From assembly GCA_964572735.1 (NCBI GenBank), contig CAZNHE010000011.1, positions 1 to 57,636 on the forward strand: a stretch of DNA of 57,636 nucleotides, in the 5' to 3' direction. This document shows positions 9,957 through 19,291 of the stretch, in pieces. Below the pieces are notes generated by a model. It had not been told where the DNA came from, did not search any database, and worked only from the letters and a program-made list of their open reading frames with translations. Position numbers and translations under genes: made by a program. Every line of letters starts with the position of its first letter. The stretch's first letter is position 1. The stretch is from an uncultured Chitinophagales bacterium. GTDB lineage: Bacteria; Bacteroidota; Rhodothermia; Balneolales; DATFMH01.

Positions 9957-10409
9957 GTGGTCAAGGCTGTAAAATGTATCGCTTCCGGCTTGTTTCAGTA
10001 CGGAGGTTCCGGGCGTCGTCTCCCCGCCCAAAAACTGCGGCTAAACCGCTTTTTAGGAGGCCTGTTCCTCCTGTCCGGTTTATGGGGATGTACGGGAAAC
10101 CCCGGAGTAGCCGACCTGAGCCGGGATTTATATGCAAGATATCCGGCGCGCTTCCTGCACGCAGGTCTGAGCGACAGCACCCTGCATATACTCATGCTTC
10201 AAAACCCGGATACCCTTTCACGTTCCGAATGGCAGGCAAACGCGCAAAATCTGGTTCGGTTTATACTCAAAACAGATTATCATATTCCTTTCAGGGAGGT
10301 GGCTCTGCGCTACCAGCATATTGCCGCGCAGGTGATTATCGCCGATTCCGCAGCCATCGTCTTCCGGGTGAATGCCGACAGCCTGCGGAATGTTATAACA
10401 CAAAAGTAA
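9957..10409 (+). CDS. Hypothetical protein, probable lipoprotein (start uncertain)
   Basis: Hydrophobic segment ending in LWGC; ends 25 nt before ogt on the same strand. Confidence 0.5.
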   Translation: MVKAVKCIASGLFQYGGSGRRLPAQKLRLNRFLGGLFLLSGLWGCTGNPGVADLSRDLYARYPARFLHAGLSDSTLHILMLQNPDTLSRSEWQANAQNLVRFILKTDYHIPFREVALRYQHIAAQVIIADSAAIVFRVNADSLRNVITQK

Positions 10410-10434
10410 CCACCAAAACCCCTGCTGCCAAAAC

Positions 10435-10941
10435 ATGATTCCTATTCCCCGCCCGCCTGTAAAACAGGAACAATGCCTTTTCGAGTCGCCCAACGGCCTG
10501 CTGAAGATCGCCGCAAGCAGGAACGGGATAATGGAAATAGCCCTGGCCGATGCAACAGAGTTGCCAGGGGAAAGACCTTCCAGCGCGGTTTTGAAGCAAT
10601 GTGTCCGCGAACTGTCGGAATACTTTGAAGGCAGCCGTACCACGTTCTCGGTGCCTGTAGATCCTGAAGGGACCTATCTTCAGAAAAAAATATGGTATGC
10701 ACTGGCCTACATTCCTTTCGGATCTGTGACAACCTATGGAGAACTCGCAAAGAGATGCCATAAACCGGGAGCCGGCCAGGCGGTGGGAAGAATCCTGGGG
10801 AAAAACCCGGTGCCTATTCTTCTGCCCTGCCATCGCGTGATAGGATCGGGCGGTAAACTGACCGGATTCGGGTGGGGAATTCCCTGGAAGGTCTGGCTCC
10901 TTCGCCACGAGAAGGTCGAAATGCCTTTTGGCCAGAGCTAG
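10435..10941 (+). CDS. ogt: Methylated-DNA-protein-cysteine S-methyltransferase
   Basis: ESPNG, IPFGSVTTYGELA, NPVPILLPCHRVI active site. Confidence 0.93.
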   Translation: MIPIPRPPVKQEQCLFESPNGLLKIAASRNGIMEIALADATELPGERPSSAVLKQCVRELSEYFEGSRTTFSVPVDPEGTYLQKKIWYALAYIPFGSVTTYGELAKRCHKPGAGQAVGRILGKNPVPILLPCHRVIGSGGKLTGFGWGIPWKVWLLRHEKVEMPFGQS

Positions 10942-11196
10942 CCGTCCGCTGCCCTGCTATATTTGTGTATTTTATTATTTCTACAAGGATTATAAGGCAG
11001 AAATGCGGCCCAATAATTCCCATCTCCGCCCGTTATATGCGTCAACCCTGTGACACTTGCAGGCAGAAACGATTTGTCAGGGAAGCAATAATATTTTATA
11101 ATTTATAATAGTACACCTGCCACAAATAATGTATCTTTATCCCGACTGATTAGCAATCCACCCAATATCCATCATTCTTAGGCCTTCAAGAGTACT

Positions 11197-11691
11197 ATGA
11201 AACTTTCGATTGGTGACAAGGCTCCTGACTTTATTCTTCCATCCACGTCAGGCGAGTCTTTTACATTGAGTGAGGAATTACAGAAGAGGGGAAAACCGGT
11301 CATTCTGTTTTTCTATCCCGGCGACTTCAGCACCCTTTGTACGCGAGAGGCCATCGCCTTTCGGGACGAAATGGATCAGCTGGAAGAGCAAAGTGCGGAT
11401 GTTGTAGGTATCAGCACCAATAACATGAAATCTCACCGCCGTTTTCGTAAGAAATTTCAGCTTCCTTTTGAGCTGCTTTCCGATCCCGCTGGAAAGGTAT
11501 GCCGGATGTATGACGCCTATCGCCCTGTATTGCGCCAGGCAAGGCGGATAACGTTCGTTATTAATCCCGACAGAACCATCCGCAGTATCTGCAACGGACA
11601 GTTCCGGGTATTCAGGCACGTTGAACATGCCATCCGGGAAATCTGCAAGCTGCCTAAAGCCGATCCTGTGAGGGTCAAAATCACGGTTTGA
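11197..11691 (+). CDS. bcp: Peroxiredoxin, BCP/PrxQ family
   Basis: GDKAPDF, FYPGDFSTLCTRE peroxidatic Cys motif, LPFELLSD, RITFVI. Confidence 0.88.
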   Translation: MKLSIGDKAPDFILPSTSGESFTLSEELQKRGKPVILFFYPGDFSTLCTREAIAFRDEMDQLEEQSADVVGISTNNMKSHRRFRKKFQLPFELLSDPAGKVCRMYDAYRPVLRQARRITFVINPDRTIRSICNGQFRVFRHVEHAIREICKLPKADPVRVKITV

Positions 11692-12205
11692 CAGCGGCAT
11701 GAAGTGCCTGATGTAAAAGGGAAGCTCCTTCCTACAGAAGCGGAAGGTAGGAGGAGATTTTGCAAACAGTTTATCGGCATCATAAAACCGGAATTGCAGC
11801 AGTAGGTTATTGATTCTTATTGCGCCAGATCACGGTGGATCATACGGCAAAATAATCACTGCAGAAAGACGATTTACGGCTTTATAGCAGAAGTATTGCC
11901 AAAGGCGGACTCTGCACTTTACGAAAAGGCAGAATAAGCGATTAAAAATCGATCGATGGAATTCATGGATATATTCAGCGGCATTCTTGAACAATCATAA
12001 AACAATATCTTTCTGCCGCTGACACGCTGTGCCATGACATATCCGCCCTCGGAATTAGTCGTTCGAGGAATGTTTCTTTCTCATCTCTTGAACGAAAAGA
12101 TTCTCCCAGAGAGTTATTTATTTGCCATGTACCGGCACAATTGGGAATTTATGATGTGTATGATGTGGTACAGGAACCTGTTAACCAATCCCGCTGGCCT
12201 GACTA

Positions 12206-13414
12206 ATGACGGAAACACGACAAGCTTCAACCAAATTTGCCAATGAAGTATTACGTCATATTCCCGCATTAGAAAAAGCCGCCAGAAGAAGCCGGGATCT
12301 GCTTCTGGCTAATCTGGTGATGATCAGTGAGATACCTGCCCCCACTTTCCGTGAGGCGGCACGGCTGGAATTCGTAAAAAGCCGTTTCACGGAGGCAGGC
12401 ATCCAAAGCTGCTCAACCGATGAACTCGGGAACGCGGTTGGCTTGCTCCCGGGAAGCAAAAATGAGCGCAATATTTTGTTGGTAGCCCATGCCGACACCG
12501 TTTTTCCGGAACAGGCGGATCACACCATATCGATGGGACCAGACCAGGTTATGGGGCCGGGGGTAGCCGACAACAGCCTGGGGCTGGCCGTACTGAGTAC
12601 AATCCCTCCACTGCTTCAGAACGCGGATATCAGCTTCGAGTCGAACCTGCTGCTGATGGGCACAACCCGAAGTCTCGGACGCGGCAACCTGGAAGGATTA
12701 CGCTTCTTTCTGGAAAATTCTACACTGCCCATTCATACCGGCGTTTCAATCGAGGGAGCACAACTCGGCCGGCTCAGTTATTCATCAGTGGGTATGTTGC
12801 GCGGGGTGATCACCTGCACGGTTCGCGACCGGGCGGACCACACAGGAACAGCCGACACAAACGCCATCATTACTATCAATGAAGTCATCAATAAGATTAT
12901 TGATATTCATCTGCCTAAACGGCCGCGTACGCATATCATCATAGGTGCAATCAATGCCGGACACTCTTACAATACCGCAGCCACCAAAGCGGCGTTGCGA
13001 TTCGAGGTACGCAGCGAGAAATCAGAGATTGTCAGTCAAGTTCACAAACAGCTGGAAGGCATCGTGACCGAGGTGTCCTCACAGTCGGGCATGCAGATCG
13101 ACATGGATATTGTAGCAACACGGGGACCGGGCAGCATCCGTTTTCACCATCCTCTGGCACGCAGAACCCGCGAAATCATGAAATCGATGGGAATTGAACC
13201 GGAAATCAGTCCGAGTATTTCCGAGCTCAGCGCCTTCATCACTCATGGAATCCCGGCGATCACTATCGGGATCAGCCAGGCACAAAATATTCATGAGCCC
13301 AATGAAACGGTATTAATCGACCCTATGTACAAAGGCATCGCCCAGCTTCTCGGAATACTTATAGCCATTGATAAAGGATTTTGTGATGAAGATAGAAGAG
13401 TGGATCAAAAGTAA
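12206..13414 (+). CDS. M20/M25/M40-family metallopeptidase-like protein, apparently degenerate active site
   Basis: IPAPTFRE, DELGN, AHADTVF, GPGVADNSLG, dimerisation domain, IHEPNE; RSLG where EEG is expected. Confidence 0.8.
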   Translation: MTETRQASTKFANEVLRHIPALEKAARRSRDLLLANLVMISEIPAPTFREAARLEFVKSRFTEAGIQSCSTDELGNAVGLLPGSKNERNILLVAHADTVFPEQADHTISMGPDQVMGPGVADNSLGLAVLSTIPPLLQNADISFESNLLLMGTTRSLGRGNLEGLRFFLENSTLPIHTGVSIEGAQLGRLSYSSVGMLRGVITCTVRDRADHTGTADTNAIITINEVINKIIDIHLPKRPRTHIIIGAINAGHSYNTAATKAALRFEVRSEKSEIVSQVHKQLEGIVTEVSSQSGMQIDMDIVATRGPGSIRFHHPLARRTREIMKSMGIEPEISPSISELSAFITHGIPAITIGISQAQNIHEPNETVLIDPMYKGIAQLLGILIAIDKGFCDEDRRVDQK

Positions 13415-14375
13415 CACCTTTCATCATTCCCAGTTCTGGGATCTGAAGGCGCTGGTCGGGGAAAAGGAGCGCCAGGGTCTTAAGATCTCGCTGTGCATTC
13501 CTACCCTGAATGAAGAACATACGATCGGCAAGGAAATCGTCCTTTTTCGCTCGGAACTGATGCAACGCTTTCCCCTGCTTGACGAAATCGCCATTATCGA
13601 TTCGGGATCGGAAGATAAAACCTGCGAGGTGGCCGCAGCGTTTGGCGCCGACGTCTACAATGCCGAGGATATTCTGCCCCGGCTGGAATATAAACGCGGA
13701 AAAGGTGAAAACCTTTGGAAGGCTATATATCAGCTCAGCGGAGATATCATCTGTTATGTAGATGCGGATATTAAAAATATCCACCCGAGGTTCGCATACG
13801 GACTCGTCGCTCCGCTGATTCATAATCCGGAAATAAAATATGTAAAGGCTTTTTACGACCGGCCGCTGGCGTATTCCCAGGGTGTTCGTCCCTCAGGGGG
13901 CGGGCGGGTGACCGAAATCCTGATCCGGCCGCTTTTTTCACTTCTTTTCCCCGATCTTACGGCGCTCATCCAGCCGCTCTCAGGCGAATATGCGGTGCGC
14001 CGGGAGGTCCTGGAGCGTATTTCCTTTCCCATTGGTTATGGAGTAGAAACCTCGCACCTGCTGGACGTCTATCACCTGTGGGGACTTAAAGCTATCGCCC
14101 AGACCGACCTCGATCAGCGTGTACACAGAAACCAGCCAACCCGCGATTTGGGAAAAATGGCGTTCGGTATCCTTCAGACCTTTTTGCGCAGGGCCAGAAA
14201 ACTCGGCATTCTGAATGAAACTCCCGAATTTCACACTGAACTTCTTCAATATCAGGCTAAAGAAAAAGATTACAATCAGGTGAAGTTTGAGATCGTAGAG
14301 GATGAACGCCCGCCTATGATCACGATTCGGGAATATCGGGAGAAATTTCACCTCGCCCGGCAGAAAAATGCTTAG
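13386..14375 (+). CDS. gpgS: Glucosyl-3-phosphoglycerate synthase (GT81)
   Basis: IPTLNEE, DSGSED, GKGENLWK, YVDAD, KAFYDRP, GGGRVTE, QPLSGEYA, GYGVE, RVHRNQ; ATG 13386 overlaps the upstream gene by 29 nt. Confidence 0.92.
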   Translation: MKIEEWIKSNTFHHSQFWDLKALVGEKERQGLKISLCIPTLNEEHTIGKEIVLFRSELMQRFPLLDEIAIIDSGSEDKTCEVAAAFGADVYNAEDILPRLEYKRGKGENLWKAIYQLSGDIICYVDADIKNIHPRFAYGLVAPLIHNPEIKYVKAFYDRPLAYSQGVRPSGGGRVTEILIRPLFSLLFPDLTALIQPLSGEYAVRREVLERISFPIGYGVETSHLLDVYHLWGLKAIAQTDLDQRVHRNQPTRDLGKMAFGILQTFLRRARKLGILNETPEFHTELLQYQAKEKDYNQVKFEIVEDERPPMITIREYREKFHLARQKNA

Positions 14376-14411
14376 TGCCATGCTGGATAATGAACCGGTG
14401 AGGGATAATTC

Positions 14412-15863
14412 ATGCTGATTGGAATACTTCATTATCACCTGCATGGAGGCGGCGTGACGCGTGTCATTGAAACCACGGCCCGGCTTCTAAGCGAACAGGG
14501 ACATCATGTCGTTGTTGCCTGCGGCGAACAGCCGGAAAAAGCACCTGTTTCAAACATCATCGTTCACGGATCACTGGCCTACAACATCGCGCCCGAGGCG
14601 GGGAGGGTGAAAGAAATCGCCCGGGAGATTGAAGAAAAGATCAGGCGGATCTTTGGAAGGAAGCCTGATTTATGGCACATCCACAATCATAGCCTGGGCA
14701 AGAATACCACGCTTCCCCTGCTGGCAGATTACTGGGCTAACCGGGGAATGCCTCTTCTGTTCCATATACACGACTTTTCAGAAAACGGGCGTCCGTCCGG
14801 CTATCATTATCTCACCCGCCATCTGGATTCTTCGCCGGTATTGCCGCTTTACCCGCAGGCGGAGCATATCCATTATGCAACACTCACCAGCAGAGACCGG
14901 GATATCCTGTCACGAGCCGGCTTTCGGGAGGATCACCTTCATGTGCTGCCAAACCCGGTTTCGATGGAGCAGGGAGACCGGGGACGCGATGCCCGGGTCT
15001 TATTCCCGGAATGCGACCGGCTGGTTTTATACGCCGTACGCGGCATTCGCAGGAAAAATCTGGGGGAATTTTTCCTGCATGCCATTTTGAATGCCGGATC
15101 CGGCCATTTTGCAATGACACTCGCACCGAAAAATCCGGATCAGAAAAAATATTACGACCCATGGGTACAATTCGCCCGGGAGAAAAGCCTGCCCGTGACC
15201 TTCGGAGCCGGCCAGACCGATCGTTTTCCATTTCCGGCAATTATTCAGGCCGCCGATGCATTGCTCACCACCAGCATCATGGAGGGATTCGGCCTCACCT
15301 TCCTGGAACCCTGGCTCATGGACCGCCCTCTTTATGGCCGTGATCTGCCCGGCATCACCGATGACTTCAAAAATCACGGAATCCGCCTGAACCACCTTTA
15401 TTCGTTTCTGCCCGTCCCACTCGACTGGCTGAATGTTAGCGAGGTAAAAAACAGAGTCAGGGAGGCCTTAAAACAGGCCTACACGCAATATGGATACAAC
15501 TATGAAGAAGAATTACTCGGGAGATTCTGGCGGTCCGCCACCAGAAACGATACTATCGATTTCGGGCGGCTGGATGAAGAAGGACAACGCCTCATCCTCA
15601 CCCGTCTTCTGGCAGACGGCACGATTCCTTCAGAATTGACGAAATATCGATTGAATGATAATATACCAGGGGCCGGAACGGTTGCTTATAACAAAGAATG
15701 TGTCCGGAAAAACTACAACCCGAAAGTATATATTGAACGACTCATGGCCATCTATAAACAATTATTGAGTGCTCCCGGGAAGCTGCCGGAGTACGTCGAT
15801 CGACAACAGGTACTAAACCAGTTCCTCAAGCCCGAACGCTTTTACTTCATTCAATCCGCCTAA
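14412..15863 (+). CDS. GT-B/GT4 glycosyltransferase, candidate mannosylglucosyl-3-phosphoglycerate synthase (MggA-like)
   Basis: GGGVTRVI, HNHSLGKN, HIHDF, RGIRRKN, EGFGLTFLE; directly downstream of gpgS. Confidence 0.75.
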   Translation: MLIGILHYHLHGGGVTRVIETTARLLSEQGHHVVVACGEQPEKAPVSNIIVHGSLAYNIAPEAGRVKEIAREIEEKIRRIFGRKPDLWHIHNHSLGKNTTLPLLADYWANRGMPLLFHIHDFSENGRPSGYHYLTRHLDSSPVLPLYPQAEHIHYATLTSRDRDILSRAGFREDHLHVLPNPVSMEQGDRGRDARVLFPECDRLVLYAVRGIRRKNLGEFFLHAILNAGSGHFAMTLAPKNPDQKKYYDPWVQFAREKSLPVTFGAGQTDRFPFPAIIQAADALLTTSIMEGFGLTFLEPWLMDRPLYGRDLPGITDDFKNHGIRLNHLYSFLPVPLDWLNVSEVKNRVREALKQAYTQYGYNYEEELLGRFWRSATRNDTIDFGRLDEEGQRLILTRLLADGTIPSELTKYRLNDNIPGAGTVAYNKECVRKNYNPKVYIERLMAIYKQLLSAPGKLPEYVDRQQVLNQFLKPERFYFIQSA

Positions 15864-15866
15864 GAT

Positions 15867-16772
15867 ATGGAATACCCGAATCGTGATCAGGAGGTCATCA
15901 TCCGGATGCGTGAATTGTCACACCCTTTGGAACCGCTGGCTACAGACGCGACGGCACATCTGCGTTCCCTGAACAGAATCAAAGCCGTCATTTTTGATAT
16001 TTACGGAACCCTGTTGATCTCCGGGTCGGGCGACATCAATCCGGCCGATGAAGATGAGGCGGGGATGGCTATCCGGGAAGCTTTCAAAAGTATCGGGCAA
16101 ACCATCTCCGGGGAAATAACTGCGGCAGCACTGGCCGACCTCTTTTTTATGACGATTGCAAAGGCCCGCAACGCGCTGAAGGCCAACGGGATTGATTATC
16201 CCGACATCGACATCCGCGATATCTGGTTCGAAGTGTGGGAGCATTTATATCATGACGGCATTCTCGGGGAGTCTCCTCAACCGGGACAAATACCCCTGCT
16301 CTCAGTTGAGTACGAATGCAGGGTCAATCCGACCTGGCCAATGAAGGATTTTGGAGAAATCTTCCCGAGATTGAGTGAAAAGGGGTTTATTCTGGGAATC
16401 ATCTCGAATGCCCAGTTTTTTACTCCTCTCCTGTTTGAAACCCATTTGCATCAAAACCTGGCTGATTTAGGCTTCAGGGATGACCTCTGTTTTTTCTCCT
16501 ATGCCCATGAAATCGCCAAGCCTTCTCCCCGTTTTTTTGAGAAATGCGCAGAAAGGCTGAATGATCGTTACCATGTGCAGCCTGAGGAGGTTTTATACGT
16601 CGGCAACGATATGCTCAATGACGTATGGGCCTCGCAGAATGCCGGATTTCGGACGCTCCTTTTCGCCGGCGACCGGAGATCTCTGCGCCTCCGCCACGAA
16701 AACCCCTATCTGCAAAACCTCCGGCCTGATGCCGTTATAACTACCCTTCCACAATTGATGAATGTGATATAA
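15867..16772 (+). CDS. HAD-family phosphatase, candidate (mannosyl)glucosyl-phosphoglycerate phosphatase
   Basis: Motif I FDIYGTL, motif II ISN, motif III KPSP, motif IV GNDMLND; starts 3 nt after the GT4 stop. Confidence 0.8.
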   Translation: MEYPNRDQEVIIRMRELSHPLEPLATDATAHLRSLNRIKAVIFDIYGTLLISGSGDINPADEDEAGMAIREAFKSIGQTISGEITAAALADLFFMTIAKARNALKANGIDYPDIDIRDIWFEVWEHLYHDGILGESPQPGQIPLLSVEYECRVNPTWPMKDFGEIFPRLSEKGFILGIISNAQFFTPLLFETHLHQNLADLGFRDDLCFFSYAHEIAKPSPRFFEKCAERLNDRYHVQPEEVLYVGNDMLNDVWASQNAGFRTLLFAGDRRSLRLRHENPYLQNLRPDAVITTLPQLMNVI

Positions 16773-17107
16773 CCGGCAGAAGGCTTCCTTTGCAGGGGCT
16801 CCGTCTTTAACCCTCCCTTTATCCCTTTGTCATTAACTCTCTGTATGGCATACCGTAATATGTAAAACCATTACCTGCTGATCTTCCACATCTCTATAGG
16901 ATTTATAATGAGATAATTATGGAGGAAATACCTGAATCCGAATAGCCAATTTATACTTAAATGCTATGCAATATGATTACGTATTTGTAACTATAACCTG
17001 AACTTTATATATTCCTCTCAGAAAGTTTTTCTCTCTATAACCCCAACCCCATCTCTCTTATCCGATAAGGCGCCTGCCTGAATGTCTTGTCGGGAAAGAT
17101 GGAAAAT

Positions 17108-17143
17108 AAAAGGCCGTATGGTTCCCCCTATACGGCCTTTTTT
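17108..17143 (+). terminator. Rho-independent terminator, possibly bidirectional
   Basis: aaaaggccgtat ... atacggcctttt stem with T tract. Confidence 0.75.
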
Positions 17144-17584
17144 ATGTTCCTGAAGTGGGATTTAACAGCGTGACTTACGGTATGCGGAATTTCTTACAAC
17201 CTCGCCGGCCCAGGTTTGCCTGGAAAACGCCGGGCTTTCTTCCAGGGCCGGAACAAACGGAAAAGATTGCAGATTTTCAGGATGATAAAGTAAAAATACG
17301 TATAACATTAGCCTCATCCTTTTCTCCTGAAACCGCCAAAGAAGGTCATTACAATAACAGGCGCGACATCATAATCCGGGCAAACGAATCCGGCGAACGC
17401 ATAGATTTCCAATATGCTCGTGCCCGTAAGCATAACCGGTCATTCAAAAAGAAACAAGAATGCGGATTTCCCGGGAAAATCCCGGTTCCTCGTAAGAAAG
17501 AGAATGTTCAACACACCATTTCGAAGTCCAGAAGATCCGGCGTCGGATAATGTTCTTCCAAACGGCTGTCTGGTTTCAATCCAT

Positions 17585-17623
17585 AAAACACAAAGCCCCG
17601 CTCACTTCACATGAACGGGGCTT
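17585..17623 (-). terminator. Terminator downstream of tRNA-Asn
   Basis: aagccccg/cggggctt stem followed by a T-rich tract on the - strand, 15 nt past the tRNA 3' end. Confidence 0.7.
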
Positions 17624-17637
17624 GAATGTTGATAGTG

Positions 17638-17709
17638 CTCCCCGGGTAGGACTCGAACCTACAACCCTGCGGTTAACAGCCGCATGCTCTGCCATTGAGC
17701 TACCGAGGA
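17638..17709 (-). tRNA. tRNA-Asn (anticodon GTT), CCA not encoded
   Basis: Reverse complement TCCTCGG-TA-GCTC AATGGCA GAGC-A-TGCGG CTGTTAA CCGCA-GGGTT-GTAGG TTCGAGT CCTAC-CCGGGGA-G folds as a full cloverleaf. Confidence 0.97.
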
Positions 17710-17740
17710 ATGGCATAAGCCGCTTTTCTTAAAGCGGATG

Positions 17741-17748
17741 CAAATATA
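17741..17748 (-). promoter_or_regulatory. Bacteroidetes-type -7 promoter box (TAnnTTTG) for tRNA-Asn
   Basis: TATATTTG on the - strand ~32 nt upstream of the tRNA 5' end. Confidence 0.6.
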
Positions 17749-17774
17749 ATATCCCTTCGCCTCACATGCCAATC

Positions 17775-18554
17775 TTAAGTCGGCGATTCCTGAAATTTCT
17801 CTCCGCTTAATTTCAGCGTTTCATCCGGGAAGTTCACTTCTTCCAGAATGAGACCACGGGCCGGGGCAGTGGGACCACCGGACGACTTTCCCGGTTCTTC
17901 CAGCAATTGCCGCACCTCCTGAACAGAACGTTTGCCCAATCCGACCTCAACAAGTGTTCCTATGATTCTCCGCACCATATGATGTAAAAAACGATTGCCA
18001 TGAATACGGTAGCTCAGCAATATCCCCGATTCCTCAAAACCGGAATGCGTGATGGTACACATTGTATTCCGCTGATCCGGATTTCTGCGGCAGAAACTTA
18101 GAAAATCGTGCTCCCCCAGAAATAAAGCCGCTGCCTCGCACATCATGGCGGTATCGAGCAGGCGGAACTGCTCCCACGCTTTCTTGTAGTAAAGGGGATT
18201 TGGATCACGAAGTATCTGGTAGCAATATCGCCGGGCAGATGCATGAAAACGGGCATGAAATTCATCCGACACTTTCCAGGCATTCGTAACGGCAATCGCC
18301 CTGGGAAGCACTCCGTACATGCTCCACAAGAACGCTTTCAGATCCAGATCGCGGGACACATCGAAGTGTGCGGCCTGCCCGCCGGCATGAACGCCCGCAT
18401 CCGTACGCCCAGCGCCTGTCAGCTGAATCTTCTCACCGAGAACCTGCTCCATGGCGGCCGTGAGGACATCCTGCACTGTTTGCCCTCCCGGCTGCGTCTG
18501 CCATCCCATATAGGGCTCTCCATCATATGCTACCGTTATTTTATAACGAGGCAT
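17775..18554 (-). CDS. truA: tRNA pseudouridine(38-40) synthase
   Basis: AYDG...GWQ, GAGRTDAGVHA, FHARF, FLHHMVRRI, TAPARGL. Confidence 0.96.
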   Translation of the reverse strand: MPRYKITVAYDGEPYMGWQTQPGGQTVQDVLTAAMEQVLGEKIQLTGAGRTDAGVHAGGQAAHFDVSRDLDLKAFLWSMYGVLPRAIAVTNAWKVSDEFHARFHASARRYCYQILRDPNPLYYKKAWEQFRLLDTAMMCEAAALFLGEHDFLSFCRRNPDQRNTMCTITHSGFEESGILLSYRIHGNRFLHHMVRRIIGTLVEVGLGKRSVQEVRQLLEEPGKSSGGPTAPARGLILEEVNFPDETLKLSGEKFQESPT

Positions 18555-18569
18555 GATCCGTCTCTTCTT

Positions 18570-19274
18570 CTAAAATCCAATACTGACCTGCGCCACAATT
18601 CCACGGCTACTCTCCGGACGAAAGGCGGCCGGGGCAAGTCCGATCTGAACTCTCTGCTCCCGGTAATGACGGGCCTCCAGGTAGGCGCTGATTCCGCTAA
18701 TAACCCGGTTAGCTACCATCAGCACAATAATTGCAGGAATCTGATTGCGGACCTTATCATGATGCCTGACCAGGTTCTGATAATGCAAGCGGTTATCCTG
18801 CTGATCCCACTGCCATTCATACTGAGCCGTCGCCGGATATAGATCGTCCCAGTTGCGTGCCCTGCTCTGATAGCCGTTATATTCCTGCAGCGAATTGAAG
18901 TCTCCGACCGCCAACCGATACCGGCGGTTAGCATCCCGTATATTTTTGCCCGTATGCAACTGAGCATACGTGTACATATCCGTATTGAGGGCATGGGAAT
19001 ATCCTTCCAGACTTAGCAGGGCTGTCCATAAAACGGCCTCGGCTGCCAGGTGAAACTGTCCGCGCCCCCAATGATGAGGGTTAACGTAGTAATGGCCGAG
19101 CCCTGGCAGAATCAAGGAATACAACAGCGCCCGCCCCGGGCTTGGGTTGCGTGAGGAGATGGAGCCACCCTTACCCTGCCGAACGGGTTGAGCGGACTGA
19201 GCAAGGCATCCGGAAGCCCCGAAAGCAACCGCTGCCACTATAAAAACCGAAATAACCTCTACTTTTCGTTTCAT
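18570..19274 (-). CDS. Hypothetical exported/membrane protein with TM2/DUF5683-like motif
   Basis: Signal-like N-terminus from ATG 19274 (ORF track start 19400 overlaps ccmF); ALLYSLILPGLGHYY motif. Confidence 0.6.
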   Translation of the reverse strand: MKRKVEVISVFIVAAVAFGASGCLAQSAQPVRQGKGGSISSRNPSPGRALLYSLILPGLGHYYVNPHHWGRGQFHLAAEAVLWTALLSLEGYSHALNTDMYTYAQLHTGKNIRDANRRYRLAVGDFNSLQEYNGYQSRARNWDDLYPATAQYEWQWDQQDNRLHYQNLVRHHDKVRNQIPAIIVLMVANRVISGISAYLEARHYREQRVQIGLAPAAFRPESSRGIVAQVSIGF

Positions 19275-19291
19275 CCAAACGCTTCCTGTTT

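Noticed and set aside
11700-17640. gpgS operon as a tRNA-Asn-integrated genomic island
   Set aside because: No integrase and no duplicated tRNA 3' end found by eye; horizontal origin is possible but not shown here
17155-17732. ORFs 17155-17550, 17414-17614 and 17550-17732
   Set aside because: No motifs or RBS seen; the last is antisense to tRNA-Asn
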